Assembly (NCBI GenBank): GCA_031289815.1
Contig: JAITOS010000043.1
Coordinates: 1-58,452 of the forward strand
Direction of reading: 5' to 3'
Source of the DNA: Peptococcaceae bacterium
GTDB lineage: Bacteria; Bacillota; Desulfitobacteriia; Desulfitobacteriales; Desulfitobacteriaceae
DNA: 58,452 nt
Translations under genes and position numbers: made by a program
In this document: positions 24,519 to 32,797 of the stretch, one piece after another
How the letters are laid out: the number at the start of each line of letters is the position of its first letter
Numbering within the stretch: position 1 is the first letter of the stretch
Notes under the pieces: generated by a model
Told to the model about the DNA's origin: nothing
What the model saw: the letters and a program-made list of their open reading frames with translations, nothing else
Databases searched by the model: none

Positions 24519-25283
24519 TTACCTCCTTAACGCGTTCGCCGTGCTCCACATTTCATCGCCGTTGCGAATCATGCGGGCATTCATTTGATAGGCTCGCTGT
24601 ACCTGAATCATATCCGTCATGGTTTTTCCCAATTCGACGCTTGATCTTTCCACGTGGCCCGCCAGAATCCGGCCCAGGCCGTCGCTTCCCGGCGCGCCGG
24701 TGATGATCGTCGTATTGCCCGCCGGTTGAAAGAGGTTATCCCCTATTCTTTGCAAGTCGCCGCCGTTGGAGAACCGCGTCAGGGTCAGCTGAGCGTATTC
24801 GTGTACCCCGTCCTCGTCAGTTTCCAGCACTCGTCCGTCTTCCTCAATCCGGATATCCGCCCCCGCGGCAATCCAGAGCGCCGGTTCCAGGGAGTTGCCG
24901 TGTTCATCGACCAGTAAGCCCGTAGCGTCGCGGCTGAAATTGCCAGCCCGCGTATAGGCAACCGACTGATCCGGCTGCCGCACCCGAAAATAGCCTTCTC
25001 CCTGAATCGCCAGACTATAGGGGTTTTCACTCTCGCTCACGATTCCCGGCAGGGTACTCCGGTCAACGCCAGCCAGCTGGACGCCGGAACCGACGACCAG
25101 CGGCTCCCCGGTCTTTTCTCCCGCCGGTTGCACCAGATGGCGCACTTGGGTGATCGTTTCCGAAAACGAAGCCCGCTCCGCTTTAAAACCAAAGGTGTTC
25201 AAATTCGCCAGATTATCCGCCAGAGCGTCCAGTGCCACCTGTTGCGCCCTGACGCCGCTGGCCGCGCTCGCCAGTATGTTCAA
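24519..25283 (-). CDS. Flagellar basal-body rod protein, FlgF/FlgG (FlhO-like)
   Basis: 254 aa, TTG start with ggaggt. N-terminal ..A.SG..AQQ..LD.LA.NLANLNT.GFK and C-terminal G.VE.S.V.....T.MI.VQRAYQMN. Confidence 0.75.
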   Translation of the reverse strand: MNILASAASGVRAQQVALDALADNLANLNTFGFKAERASFSETITQVRHLVQPAGEKTGEPLVVGSGVQLAGVDRSTLPGIVSESENPYSLAIQGEGYFRVRQPDQSVAYTRAGNFSRDATGLLVDEHGNSLEPALWIAAGADIRIEEDGRVLETDEDGVHEYAQLTLTRFSNGGDLQRIGDNLFQPAGNTTIITGAPGSDGLGRILAGHVERSSVELGKTMTDMIQVQRAYQMNARMIRNGDEMWSTANALRR

Positions 25284-25343
25284 AAATCTTACCTCCCAGC
25301 GGATTCCTTCCGTTTACGATGGATGATTAGCGTTTAAGCCGGA

Positions 25344-26633
25344 TTAGCGTTTGAGATTGATCAGCTCTTCCAGCAGGCTGTCGGATACCGTGATCGTCCG
25401 GGCGTTCGCCTGGAAACCGCGCTGCGAGATGATCATGTTCGTCATCTCCTGCGCCAGCTCGACGTTGGACATTTCCACCGCGCTACCGATGATCGTGCCC
25501 CGACCGGAAGTTCCGGCGGCCCCGATCGTCGCCGTGCCGGAGTTATTCGTGGCGGAATAGTTATTGCCACCGATGGCCTGCAAGCCCGCCGCGTTGTTGA
25601 AGCTGGCGATCGCCACCTGGCCGATCTTGCGAATCGCCGAGGTCACGCCGTTGCTGTAGATCCCCGTGATCACCCCGTTTTTATCCAAGTCAAAACGCTC
25701 CAGCGTCGGCGCCGCCCAGGTCAGATCCCAATTGCCCACGGCGGCCGCCGCGTTGGTGGAGGTATCAAAGGTCAGGGTTCCCGAATTTGAATTAAACGCC
25801 GCCCCATCCGGCAAGACATCAAACGTCGCGCCGATCCAGGCGGTATTGCTATAGGTCGTGATGTCCTCCCAGCCGTCAGCCGGATATGTGGCCGGCTGTG
25901 AAGGTAAATCCACAGTCAAGTTATTCCACAGCGGCAATACCGCATCCTTCGCCGCGTCCGCGTTCGCGTCGGTATCAAATTTAATGACGCCGGTGCCGGA
26001 ATTAAAGGTCGCCCCCGTCGGCAAGTCCTGCGGATCAATCCCTCTGCCAATCAGTGAATCACTGGCGAAAGAGGTCGATGTGAGCCAGCCGTTGCCGGGG
26101 TAGGTAGTGGGACGCTCGGTAATCGTCACATCAGACACCATCGGTATCGTCGAGCCTACCAAGATCTTAATCGGCACCAAGCTGGAAAAATCGACCGCTG
26201 TCCGCTCGTCCTCTCCCCACATGTAGCCCTGCACTTTCGCGCCGGCCAGCGAGACCAGATTGCCGTCGGCGTCAAGAATAAAGCTGCCGTCACGCGTGTA
26301 GACCGTCTGGGAGCCGTCATTCAGGACAAAAAAGCCGTCGCCGGACAGGGCCATATTGGTCGCCACTCCGGTGACCTGAGTACTCGACGTCCCCATGATC
26401 TGGGTAATGCCGGCGATGTTGGCGCCCAGCCCCACCTGCATCGCGTTGCTGCCGCCCCGCGTTTCGGTAGGCGCCGAGGCCCCTTGCAGGGTCTGACTGA
26501 GCATCGTCGAAAAGGTCACGGCGCTCTTTTTAAAGCCCACGGTGTTGACATTGGCGATATTATTACCGATCACATCCATCATCGTCTGGTGATTCCTCAA
26601 GCCGGAGATCGAGGAGAAAAGCGAACGCATCAT
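25344..26633 (-). CDS. flgE: Flagellar hook protein FlgE
   Basis: 429 aa. MMRSLFS.ISGL..HQ..MDVIGNNIANVNT.GFK and C-terminal VE.SNV.LA.EMTNMI..QRGFQAN. Confidence 0.9.
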   Translation of the reverse strand: MMRSLFSSISGLRNHQTMMDVIGNNIANVNTVGFKKSAVTFSTMLSQTLQGASAPTETRGGSNAMQVGLGANIAGITQIMGTSSTQVTGVATNMALSGDGFFVLNDGSQTVYTRDGSFILDADGNLVSLAGAKVQGYMWGEDERTAVDFSSLVPIKILVGSTIPMVSDVTITERPTTYPGNGWLTSTSFASDSLIGRGIDPQDLPTGATFNSGTGVIKFDTDANADAAKDAVLPLWNNLTVDLPSQPATYPADGWEDITTYSNTAWIGATFDVLPDGAAFNSNSGTLTFDTSTNAAAAVGNWDLTWAAPTLERFDLDKNGVITGIYSNGVTSAIRKIGQVAIASFNNAAGLQAIGGNNYSATNNSGTATIGAAGTSGRGTIIGSAVEMSNVELAQEMTNMIISQRGFQANARTITVSDSLLEELINLKR

Positions 26634-26742
26634 AAAAATTATCCTTCTTTCTCATCCTTATTTTCAGTGATTGCTATATTTTCGGTGATCCTATCCTGAT
26701 TGAGTCTATACCGTAAACAGCCTAGCCCTCAAGGGAGGGCGA

Positions 26743-27291
26743 CTAGCCAGCCGCCGGGGCTTCGACGTCTTCCGACGCTTCGGTATCCGCCGGAGCGGTA
26801 TCCTCTACCGCTTCGCTATCCCCCGCAGGGTCAGCCGGATCAGCCGCCGCAGGCGGTTCGATGATCGATATTCCCGTCAAATCTTCCATTTCCAGCGCCA
26901 CACCGTCCACCATCACCTTGAAGAACGTATCCGTCCAACTGACGCCTTCCACCAACCCGGTGACGGTATTGCCTTCGGCGTCCTTCCCGGTCACATATTT
27001 GCCGATCAGGGAAATCCCCTGGCCGATCACGTTTTGCATATACATCGACGATAACATCAGGCCGATCTGGTTCAGGCCGTCGCTGACGTTATTCATCTGC
27101 TCCAGGGTGCTGAATTGCGCCATTTGCGCGATAAATTCCCGGTCGTCCATAGCGTTCATGGGATCCTGATTGGACAGCTGCGCGACTAACAGCTTCAGAA
27201 AATCGTCCTTGCCCAGCGTTTTTTCTACGGCCTGGGCGGTCGCCGCGCTGCCGCTCGCATAATTGCTTACGTCGCTGATGGTCGAACTCAT
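26743..27291 (-). CDS. flgD: Flagellar hook capping/assembly protein FlgD
   Basis: 182 aa. LGKDDFLKLLVAQL.NQDP..P.D..EFIAQMAQFS.LEQ. Confidence 0.9.
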   Translation of the reverse strand: MSSTISDVSNYASGSAATAQAVEKTLGKDDFLKLLVAQLSNQDPMNAMDDREFIAQMAQFSTLEQMNNVSDGLNQIGLMLSSMYMQNVIGQGISLIGKYVTGKDAEGNTVTGLVEGVSWTDTFFKVMVDGVALEMEDLTGISIIEPPAAADPADPAGDSEAVEDTAPADTEASEDVEAPAAG

Positions 27292-27307
27292 ATTTTCCTC
27301 CTCAAAA

Positions 27308-28801
27308 TCAAGCGGTCACGTCTAAAAGACGATCTCCCGCAGACGTAGGTCCGTAGCCGGACGGCGTACCGACAAGGGCGGCGGCAAAGGCGCGCTCCGC
27401 TTCTTCATCCTCGCCCGGTCGCAAAGACGGCGCTCCCTCAAAAAAGGAATCCTTAAAAGCTCCCTCGCCGGAACCCGTCTCCATTTGCAGCGACCCCATA
27501 GAAATCCCCTGATTCTCCAAGGTATTCTTTAATGCATGTAAATTATTTTGCAACGCCGTTCCCGTCGCTGCCTCCGAGGCGGTCACCCGCAAGTGAACCT
27601 GTCCGTTTTCCCATTTCATCGCAATGAGAATGCGGCCCAGATCCTCCGGATGCAGTTGGATTCGCACCTCTTTGACTTCAGAATACAGCGGCTGCCAATA
27701 GGGTTGTAACGCCTGTTCCACCTGAGCGGCGACACTGCGTCCGACATTGACAGCCGTCAGGAAAGCGGGCTCCTCCCCTTCCAGACCCGCTCCGCCTGTA
27801 ACGTTTAACAGATTGGCGTAGTTGAGATTGGCGTCCGCCTTGCCGGTGTTTTCAAGCGCAACGGCCAGCGCCGGTTCTGTTCTTGCCAAACCTCTGGGAG
27901 CGCTTCCTTCTCCGGAACGCGCCTTCGCCTGAGCGCCGACAACGGCTGCCGCCGCCGGTCTTTCCGTCTCTGACCGTTCCTGCGGCTTCACTGTTTTTTC
28001 CGCCGCTTGCATAGGCGGCCGATCCGGAAGCTCCAAAGCATCCGGCTCCTGTTCCTGTAAAACGCTCACCTGAGCGTCGCCCGCGGCTGTTCTCAAACCC
28101 TTAACGTTTACCGGCAAACCGCGAACATCTTCCCGCTGTCCGGTCATTTGTCCGGGGATTGGCTCTATTTCTCCATTCAACTCCTGTAATAACTGTGCTA
28201 TTTCCTCTTTATATCCATCCAATTCCGTTTGCGCCACGCTGTTTCCCTGGGCTTCCGTACGCATCATCCTTGTCAGTACGGAAGCCGCTTTTTCAGCCCA
28301 CGGGGTTCCATCGCTTAAAGTATTCACGTTGGCCGTGATTTCTTCCGCCGCGATCCCGCCGACTTGATTCATCTTTGCTCCAGAATTGGCTTCCTTGCCT
28401 ACCGGAAAATCATGTTGGCTTGCCGTCATCGAAAACAGATAGCCCGTCAGTTCCGCCAAAAGGTTTTGAAGATTCTCCTCGCCTGCCGCTTGTTCAGGCT
28501 CACGCTCTTCATCCCCTTCCGCCGGACGCGCTTCCACGCCCTGCTGAACTCTCTTTTGATCGGCACTCTGATCCACGGGTACAGGCTTCAGGATTTCCGT
28601 CGCTCTGCCGGACGGTTCCTTCGGACTCTCCCATTTCTCCAAGCTCTGTCCTTTCGTATCGCTGCTCTCCGGCTTCATCAGCCCTTTCATCAAGATCGCG
28701 AAACCGGTTGCCGCTGGCGCGGATTCAGATCCCGCGTCCCGGCGTCCGGGTGTTTTTGCCGCATTCGTTCCTATCGGCGAAAGGACATTCACATCGGTCA
28801 T
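27308..28801 (-). CDS. fliK: Flagellar hook-length control protein FliK
   Basis: 497 aa, low-complexity acidic and Pro/Ala-rich N-terminal part. C-terminal Flg_hook-like V.I.L.PE.LG.....M....G.V.L...A.......L...L..L...L...G. Confidence 0.8.
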   Translation of the reverse strand: MTDVNVLSPIGTNAAKTPGRRDAGSESAPAATGFAILMKGLMKPESSDTKGQSLEKWESPKEPSGRATEILKPVPVDQSADQKRVQQGVEARPAEGDEEREPEQAAGEENLQNLLAELTGYLFSMTASQHDFPVGKEANSGAKMNQVGGIAAEEITANVNTLSDGTPWAEKAASVLTRMMRTEAQGNSVAQTELDGYKEEIAQLLQELNGEIEPIPGQMTGQREDVRGLPVNVKGLRTAAGDAQVSVLQEQEPDALELPDRPPMQAAEKTVKPQERSETERPAAAAVVGAQAKARSGEGSAPRGLARTEPALAVALENTGKADANLNYANLLNVTGGAGLEGEEPAFLTAVNVGRSVAAQVEQALQPYWQPLYSEVKEVRIQLHPEDLGRILIAMKWENGQVHLRVTASEAATGTALQNNLHALKNTLENQGISMGSLQMETGSGEGAFKDSFFEGAPSLRPGEDEEAERAFAAALVGTPSGYGPTSAGDRLLDVTA

Positions 28802-28830
28802 AGCTTCACCTCCATTCGTTACTACCTGTG

Positions 28831-28858
28831 TTATCGGACGGAAGTTTCCCGAACTTTA
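28831..28858 (-). promoter_or_regulatory. Sigma-28 (SigD/FliA)-type promoter candidate upstream of fliK-flgD-flgE
   Basis: Minus strand TAAAGTTC, 12 nt, TCCGATAA, compared with the consensus TAAAGTTT-N11-GCCGATAA. It lies ~30 nt upstream of the fliK ATG (RBS ggaggtga) and directly downstream of sigD. Confidence 0.55.
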
Positions 28859-28895
28859 GGGAATGCCGACGCAAATACAGGCGTCCATCATTTGC

Positions 28896-29642
28896 TCACA
28901 ATAAACTGAACTTCTGCTGACCCAATTTCCCCCGAAGATGCATAATAGCCTGAGAGTGCAGCTGCGAAATGCGGGATTCCGAAAGATTCATCACCGCCGC
29001 AATTTCTTTCAGCGTCAGCTCTTCTTTGTAATAAAGAGATAAAATCAGTTGTTCCTTTTGCGGCAGTTTTTCAATCGTGACGGCCAGGATACTATTTCTT
29101 TCCTCAATTTCCACCCGGCCAAAGTCCTCCGCCGAACGCTGGTCAGAAATCCGCCCAATCGCGCTGCCCGTCATTTCACCGTCATCCCCGGTTACCAGCT
29201 CGTCAAGTGAGGTCAGCATGAGCATCTGTGATTGGAAGAGGATCTTTTCAATCTCTTTCAGATCAAGCGCCAGGAATGCGGCTACTTCCTCCGGCTCCGC
29301 CGCCCGGCCTAACTTGTTTTCCAGCTCGGTGAAGCCGTCCTGAACCATTTTCACTCGCTGCCGAGCCGAATGCGGAACCCAGTCCATCGCCCGCAGGCCG
29401 TCAATAATAGCGCCCCGAATCCGCAAAGTAGCGTAAGTTTCAAATTTCACTCCCCGGCTCATATCAAATCGTTCGATCGCGTCCAGCAAGCCAAAAACAC
29501 CATAGCCAATCAGATCGTCTTCATCGACGTGCGACGGCAAAGCTAAGGCCAAGCGCCCTGCGATCCGTCTCACCATCGGCAAATACTGTTCTATTTGCTC
29601 CGCGCTCCAATCACCTTTCACCGTTGCCTGATCATTACTCAT
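28896..29642 (-). CDS. sigD: Flagellar RNA polymerase sigma factor (sigma-28; SigD/FliA)
   Basis: 248 aa. Region 2 (DDLIGYG.FGL.DAIE.FD..RG.KFETYA..RIRGAI.D.LR..DW.P) and region 4 (L.LYY.EELTLKEIA.VM.LSESR.SQLH). Confidence 0.92.
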   Translation of the reverse strand: MSNDQATVKGDWSAEQIEQYLPMVRRIAGRLALALPSHVDEDDLIGYGVFGLLDAIERFDMSRGVKFETYATLRIRGAIIDGLRAMDWVPHSARQRVKMVQDGFTELENKLGRAAEPEEVAAFLALDLKEIEKILFQSQMLMLTSLDELVTGDDGEMTGSAIGRISDQRSAEDFGRVEIEERNSILAVTIEKLPQKEQLILSLYYKEELTLKEIAAVMNLSESRISQLHSQAIMHLRGKLGQQKFSLL

Positions 29643-29696
29643 CTGCCGCCCTCCTCTCTGTCGATCCCCTGACTACGCTGATAAGATAAGCCGGTC

Positions 29697-30170
29697 TTAT
29701 TGTTCGCCGCCATCATCGTCGCCCCAACCCATACGGCGCACGATTTCCGCTTGCTGTTCCGGATCCGGCAAACCAGCCATTAATTTGGATTTCACCTGTC
29801 CCGGCGCGGCATAGAGACCGGTTCCCGCGGCAGACTCCGTCTTGTCCTCAACCCTTTCCGCTTCCGTTGCTGTTTCCGGCTCCGTCTCCGTTGCCGCATC
29901 TCCCACCGTCACATCCAGCAGGATTCCTTGCGTCTCATCCTCGCTTTCCCCCACCGGTAACGCCATTTTTTGAAACAAGTTCACCAAGCCGATACACATC
30001 AGGTAAAAAGCCGCAAAGGACAGCGCGGCTCTTACCACCAGCCAGAAAACACTGACGCCGCTTTTCCAGCTTAATAGTCCTACCAGCACGGCCAGACCAA
30101 GCGCCGCATTTCGGAGCCACAGACGGATATTTTCCAAGGATATATTTTCTTCATCCAAGTTTTCCATCAA
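29697..30170 (-). CDS. Hypothetical 2-TM protein with an acidic C-terminal tail, embedded between cheD and sigD
   Basis: 157 aa. Start overlaps the cheD stop. Two hydrophobic spans, then a Glu/Thr/Asp-rich tail. No family recognised. Confidence 0.5.
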   Translation of the reverse strand: MMENLDEENISLENIRLWLRNAALGLAVLVGLLSWKSGVSVFWLVVRAALSFAAFYLMCIGLVNLFQKMALPVGESEDETQGILLDVTVGDAATETEPETATEAERVEDKTESAAGTGLYAAPGQVKSKLMAGLPDPEQQAEIVRRMGWGDDDGGEQ

Positions 30171-30649
30171 ATCACCTTTTCGCCATGATTTATCGTGCGC
30201 ACCTTTAAATTCCCTGTATTGACGCTGAAATGGATCGTCCGGCCATAGTTGCCGCCGACGTCGGCGACCAGCAGCGGAATCCCCAGTTTTTTCAGTTCTC
30301 TTTTCACCGCTTCAGCATTGCGGTCGCCGATTTTCAGAATTTGAGGTTTGTCCGCAAAGGTAAACATCTGCGCCCCACCGGCTATTTTCGCTTTTAAGCG
30401 TGATTTTACGCCGCCGAGCGCCAAAACGCCTTCTACCAGCAGGTTGGTTCCCGTATCCGCGTATTTTGCCGGATTTCCTTCCGCATGTCCGATCGCCGTC
30501 GGCAGCATGATATGCGCCATCCCGCCTACTTTTTTCACTGAGTCAAAAATACATATCCCTATGCACGAACCCAGGCCGGGAGTCATCAGGATATCTTCAC
30601 CCTGCGCCGTTTTTACATCCGCCATGCCCACCATCACTATCCCGTTCAT
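30167..30649 (-). CDS. cheD: Chemoreceptor glutamine deamidase CheD
   Basis: 160 aa. GLGSCIG.C.FD......GG.AHIMLP and a GG motif near the C-terminus. Confidence 0.9.
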   Translation of the reverse strand: MNGIVMVGMADVKTAQGEDILMTPGLGSCIGICIFDSVKKVGGMAHIMLPTAIGHAEGNPAKYADTGTNLLVEGVLALGGVKSRLKAKIAGGAQMFTFADKPQILKIGDRNAEAVKRELKKLGIPLLVADVGGNYGRTIHFSVNTGNLKVRTINHGEKVI

Positions 30650-31248
30650 ATGCCTAATGCTCCCAATAGCTTTTCCAGACCTCCCTGTTTGAGCAAAAAG
30701 ACGAATTTTCCTTCGATCTGCGGCGTTCCGGACAATTCCGTATCGATAAATAACACCTGGTCTTCCAAATCGCCGTCTTCGAGCAAGATCGCGCCCAAGC
30801 CCGCTCCGGCCATGTCCACCGCAATCGCCGGAACCGAGGCCTGCATGGAAATCCCCGAGAGTTGGGTCAGGGCCATCAAAAAGGAACTGACCAGGATATT
30901 GCCCACTTCTTTCAGCGCGGATTGCCTTAATTCATCCAGTAAATCCATTTGCTGATCTGATTGAAACAATCCCCGCAAAACGCTTTGCGCGCTCTCCAAG
31001 GGGAATAAGAACACCGCTTTTCCCGGCGCTTCACCGTTTACATGCAAGTATATCATCACCTGCGGTTCTTCCATGCCTCCCGCAATCTCGGCAATCTGCT
31101 CAAAAGAAATCATCCATACCTTCGGTATCGACATATCAATCCTTCTTTGCAGCAATTGGGATAAGGCGCTCGCCGCGTGTCCGGATCCTATATTGCCAAT
31201 TTCTCTGAACGCGTCCAATTTTGATTGTGATAAAAACTCATCCGTCAT
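30646..31248 (-). CDS. cheC: CheY-P phosphatase CheC
   Basis: 200 aa. Duplicated D/S-x3-E-x2-N motifs (DAFREIGNIGSG.AA.AL and SALKEVGNIL.SSF). Confidence 0.85.
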   Translation of the reverse strand: MTDEFLSQSKLDAFREIGNIGSGHAASALSQLLQRRIDMSIPKVWMISFEQIAEIAGGMEEPQVMIYLHVNGEAPGKAVFLFPLESAQSVLRGLFQSDQQMDLLDELRQSALKEVGNILVSSFLMALTQLSGISMQASVPAIAVDMAGAGLGAILLEDGDLEDQVLFIDTELSGTPQIEGKFVFLLKQGGLEKLLGALGI

Positions 31249-31894
31249 TTTGCGTCAACCCCTTTTTGAGCATCTCTCTCTGTAAATCAAACACGGTGCG
31301 GATAATTCGGTCCCGAAGTTTTTCACTGATCTCCACAAATTCAATCGATACGTCCCAGCGCCGAATCGTGTCAAGCTGCTGAACTCTGCAAACTTTAGCC
31401 GGCATGTGGATTTCATACTTCGGCAGTGTTAACCGGGTATATAGCATCGCCCAGTCTTCAACCTTGCGGCGCGTCCGGAATCTCATCCCGCCGCCGCTCA
31501 AGTCGATCATGGACGCCTCGATTTCTTCTGACATACCGTTCTTGGTCACAACCCGGTAAGAAAGAGGAAAAAACGCTTCGATACGAACATAATTGCGCCG
31601 TTGTATTTTTTCGATATCTCCCAGATATTCCAGAACAAAGAGCGGTATAGGCACGGCGATCCGCTGGATGATCCTCGCTTTTACCCGATACGTATAGCGG
31701 CTCTCCTGAAAAACTATTTCCACTACCGTTCCCTCACTGATTGGCACAATCGCGCCGCCGGCAGACGGAACCACCAGCGAAATGATCCGCTCTCCCACTT
31801 CCTCAAAATACGTTCGGTAGTCGCCTTCATAGGGGCCTTCAAGAACGATTAATTTAACGGCTAAACCAGGTCTTGCTTTTCCCAAATAATTCAT
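31238..31894 (-). CDS. PilZ-domain (YcgR/MotI-like) c-di-GMP receptor
   Basis: Start set at MNYLGK (ggagaggg upstream). YcgR_N-like beta-barrel, then PilZ motifs RRNYVR and DLSGGG. Confidence 0.8.
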   Translation of the reverse strand: MNYLGKARPGLAVKLIVLEGPYEGDYRTYFEEVGERIISLVVPSAGGAIVPISEGTVVEIVFQESRYTYRVKARIIQRIAVPIPLFVLEYLGDIEKIQRRNYVRIEAFFPLSYRVVTKNGMSEEIEASMIDLSGGGMRFRTRRKVEDWAMLYTRLTLPKYEIHMPAKVCRVQQLDTIRRWDVSIEFVEISEKLRDRIIRTVFDLQREMLKKGLTQNDG

Positions 31895-31948
31895 GAGATA
31901 TCCCTCTCCTATCTCTCGCATAAAAGGAATTTTCCGGCGTTTCCATTT

Positions 31949-32797
31949 TTACATATCCAACAAACCTTTAAGAAATCCCCGGACTCCTCCCGCTTGCCGC
32001 GGCGGCGATACATACAATCCCAGTACAGAACCCGCAATCCAGCGGATGCATTGATACGATGAACTCTGAGGAAAAGCCACGCCTAACGGCACTTGCATCA
32101 TCACCGCCCGACTGACGGCGCGGTCTTCATATACCCAGCCCATGAGCCGGATCGATCCCTGAAGAAATTTTTGCACCGCTTTTTCCAACCGCTCATAGGT
32201 TAGCCGCGCTTCCGCTTCCGAGTGAACTTTGTTGACCACCACATAAGCCGGACAGGAAACACCGTTGGCGTACAGAACTTTCAGCATTCCGTAAGCGTCG
32301 GTAATCGCCGTCGGTTCAGGGGTCGTGATCACAATCACGTCGTCCGAGGCCCGCAGAAGATCGATCACTGTGTTTCCCAGGCCCGCTCCGGTATCGATGA
32401 TCAGGATGTCGGCCATATCCTCCAAGCGCCCGATATTGGCGATAAAACTTAGCCTGCTGACCCGGTCCAGATTCGCCAGCTCCAGGATTCCGGAGCCGCC
32501 GGGTACAATCAGCATTCCCTTCGGGCCTTGAACGACGACCTCTTCCACTGTTTTTTCGCCGGTGATGAGATGTTGGATCGTGTAGCGGGGCACAACGCCG
32601 CAGGCAATGTCCACATTGGATAATCCTAAATCGCCGTCCAGGACGGCAACGCGCACCTTGTGTTCTATCAAAGCCAGAGCCAAATTCACAGTAAAATTCG
32701 TCTTGCCTACGCCGCCTTTACCACTGGTAACGGCAATGACCCGCATACTCTTCCTCTCATTTGCCAATGGCTGTAAACCCATGATCTGGCGATTCAC
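31949..32797 (-). CDS. flhG: Flagellar number regulator FlhG (YlxH, MinD-type ATPase)
   Basis: 282 aa. Deviant Walker A, SGKGGVGKTN. GTG start overlaps the flhF stop as GTGA. Confidence 0.9.
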   Translation of the reverse strand: MNRQIMGLQPLANERKSMRVIAVTSGKGGVGKTNFTVNLALALIEHKVRVAVLDGDLGLSNVDIACGVVPRYTIQHLITGEKTVEEVVVQGPKGMLIVPGGSGILELANLDRVSRLSFIANIGRLEDMADILIIDTGAGLGNTVIDLLRASDDVIVITTPEPTAITDAYGMLKVLYANGVSCPAYVVVNKVHSEAEARLTYERLEKAVQKFLQGSIRLMGWVYEDRAVSRAVMMQVPLGVAFPQSSSYQCIRWIAGSVLGLYVSPPRQAGGVRGFLKGLLDM

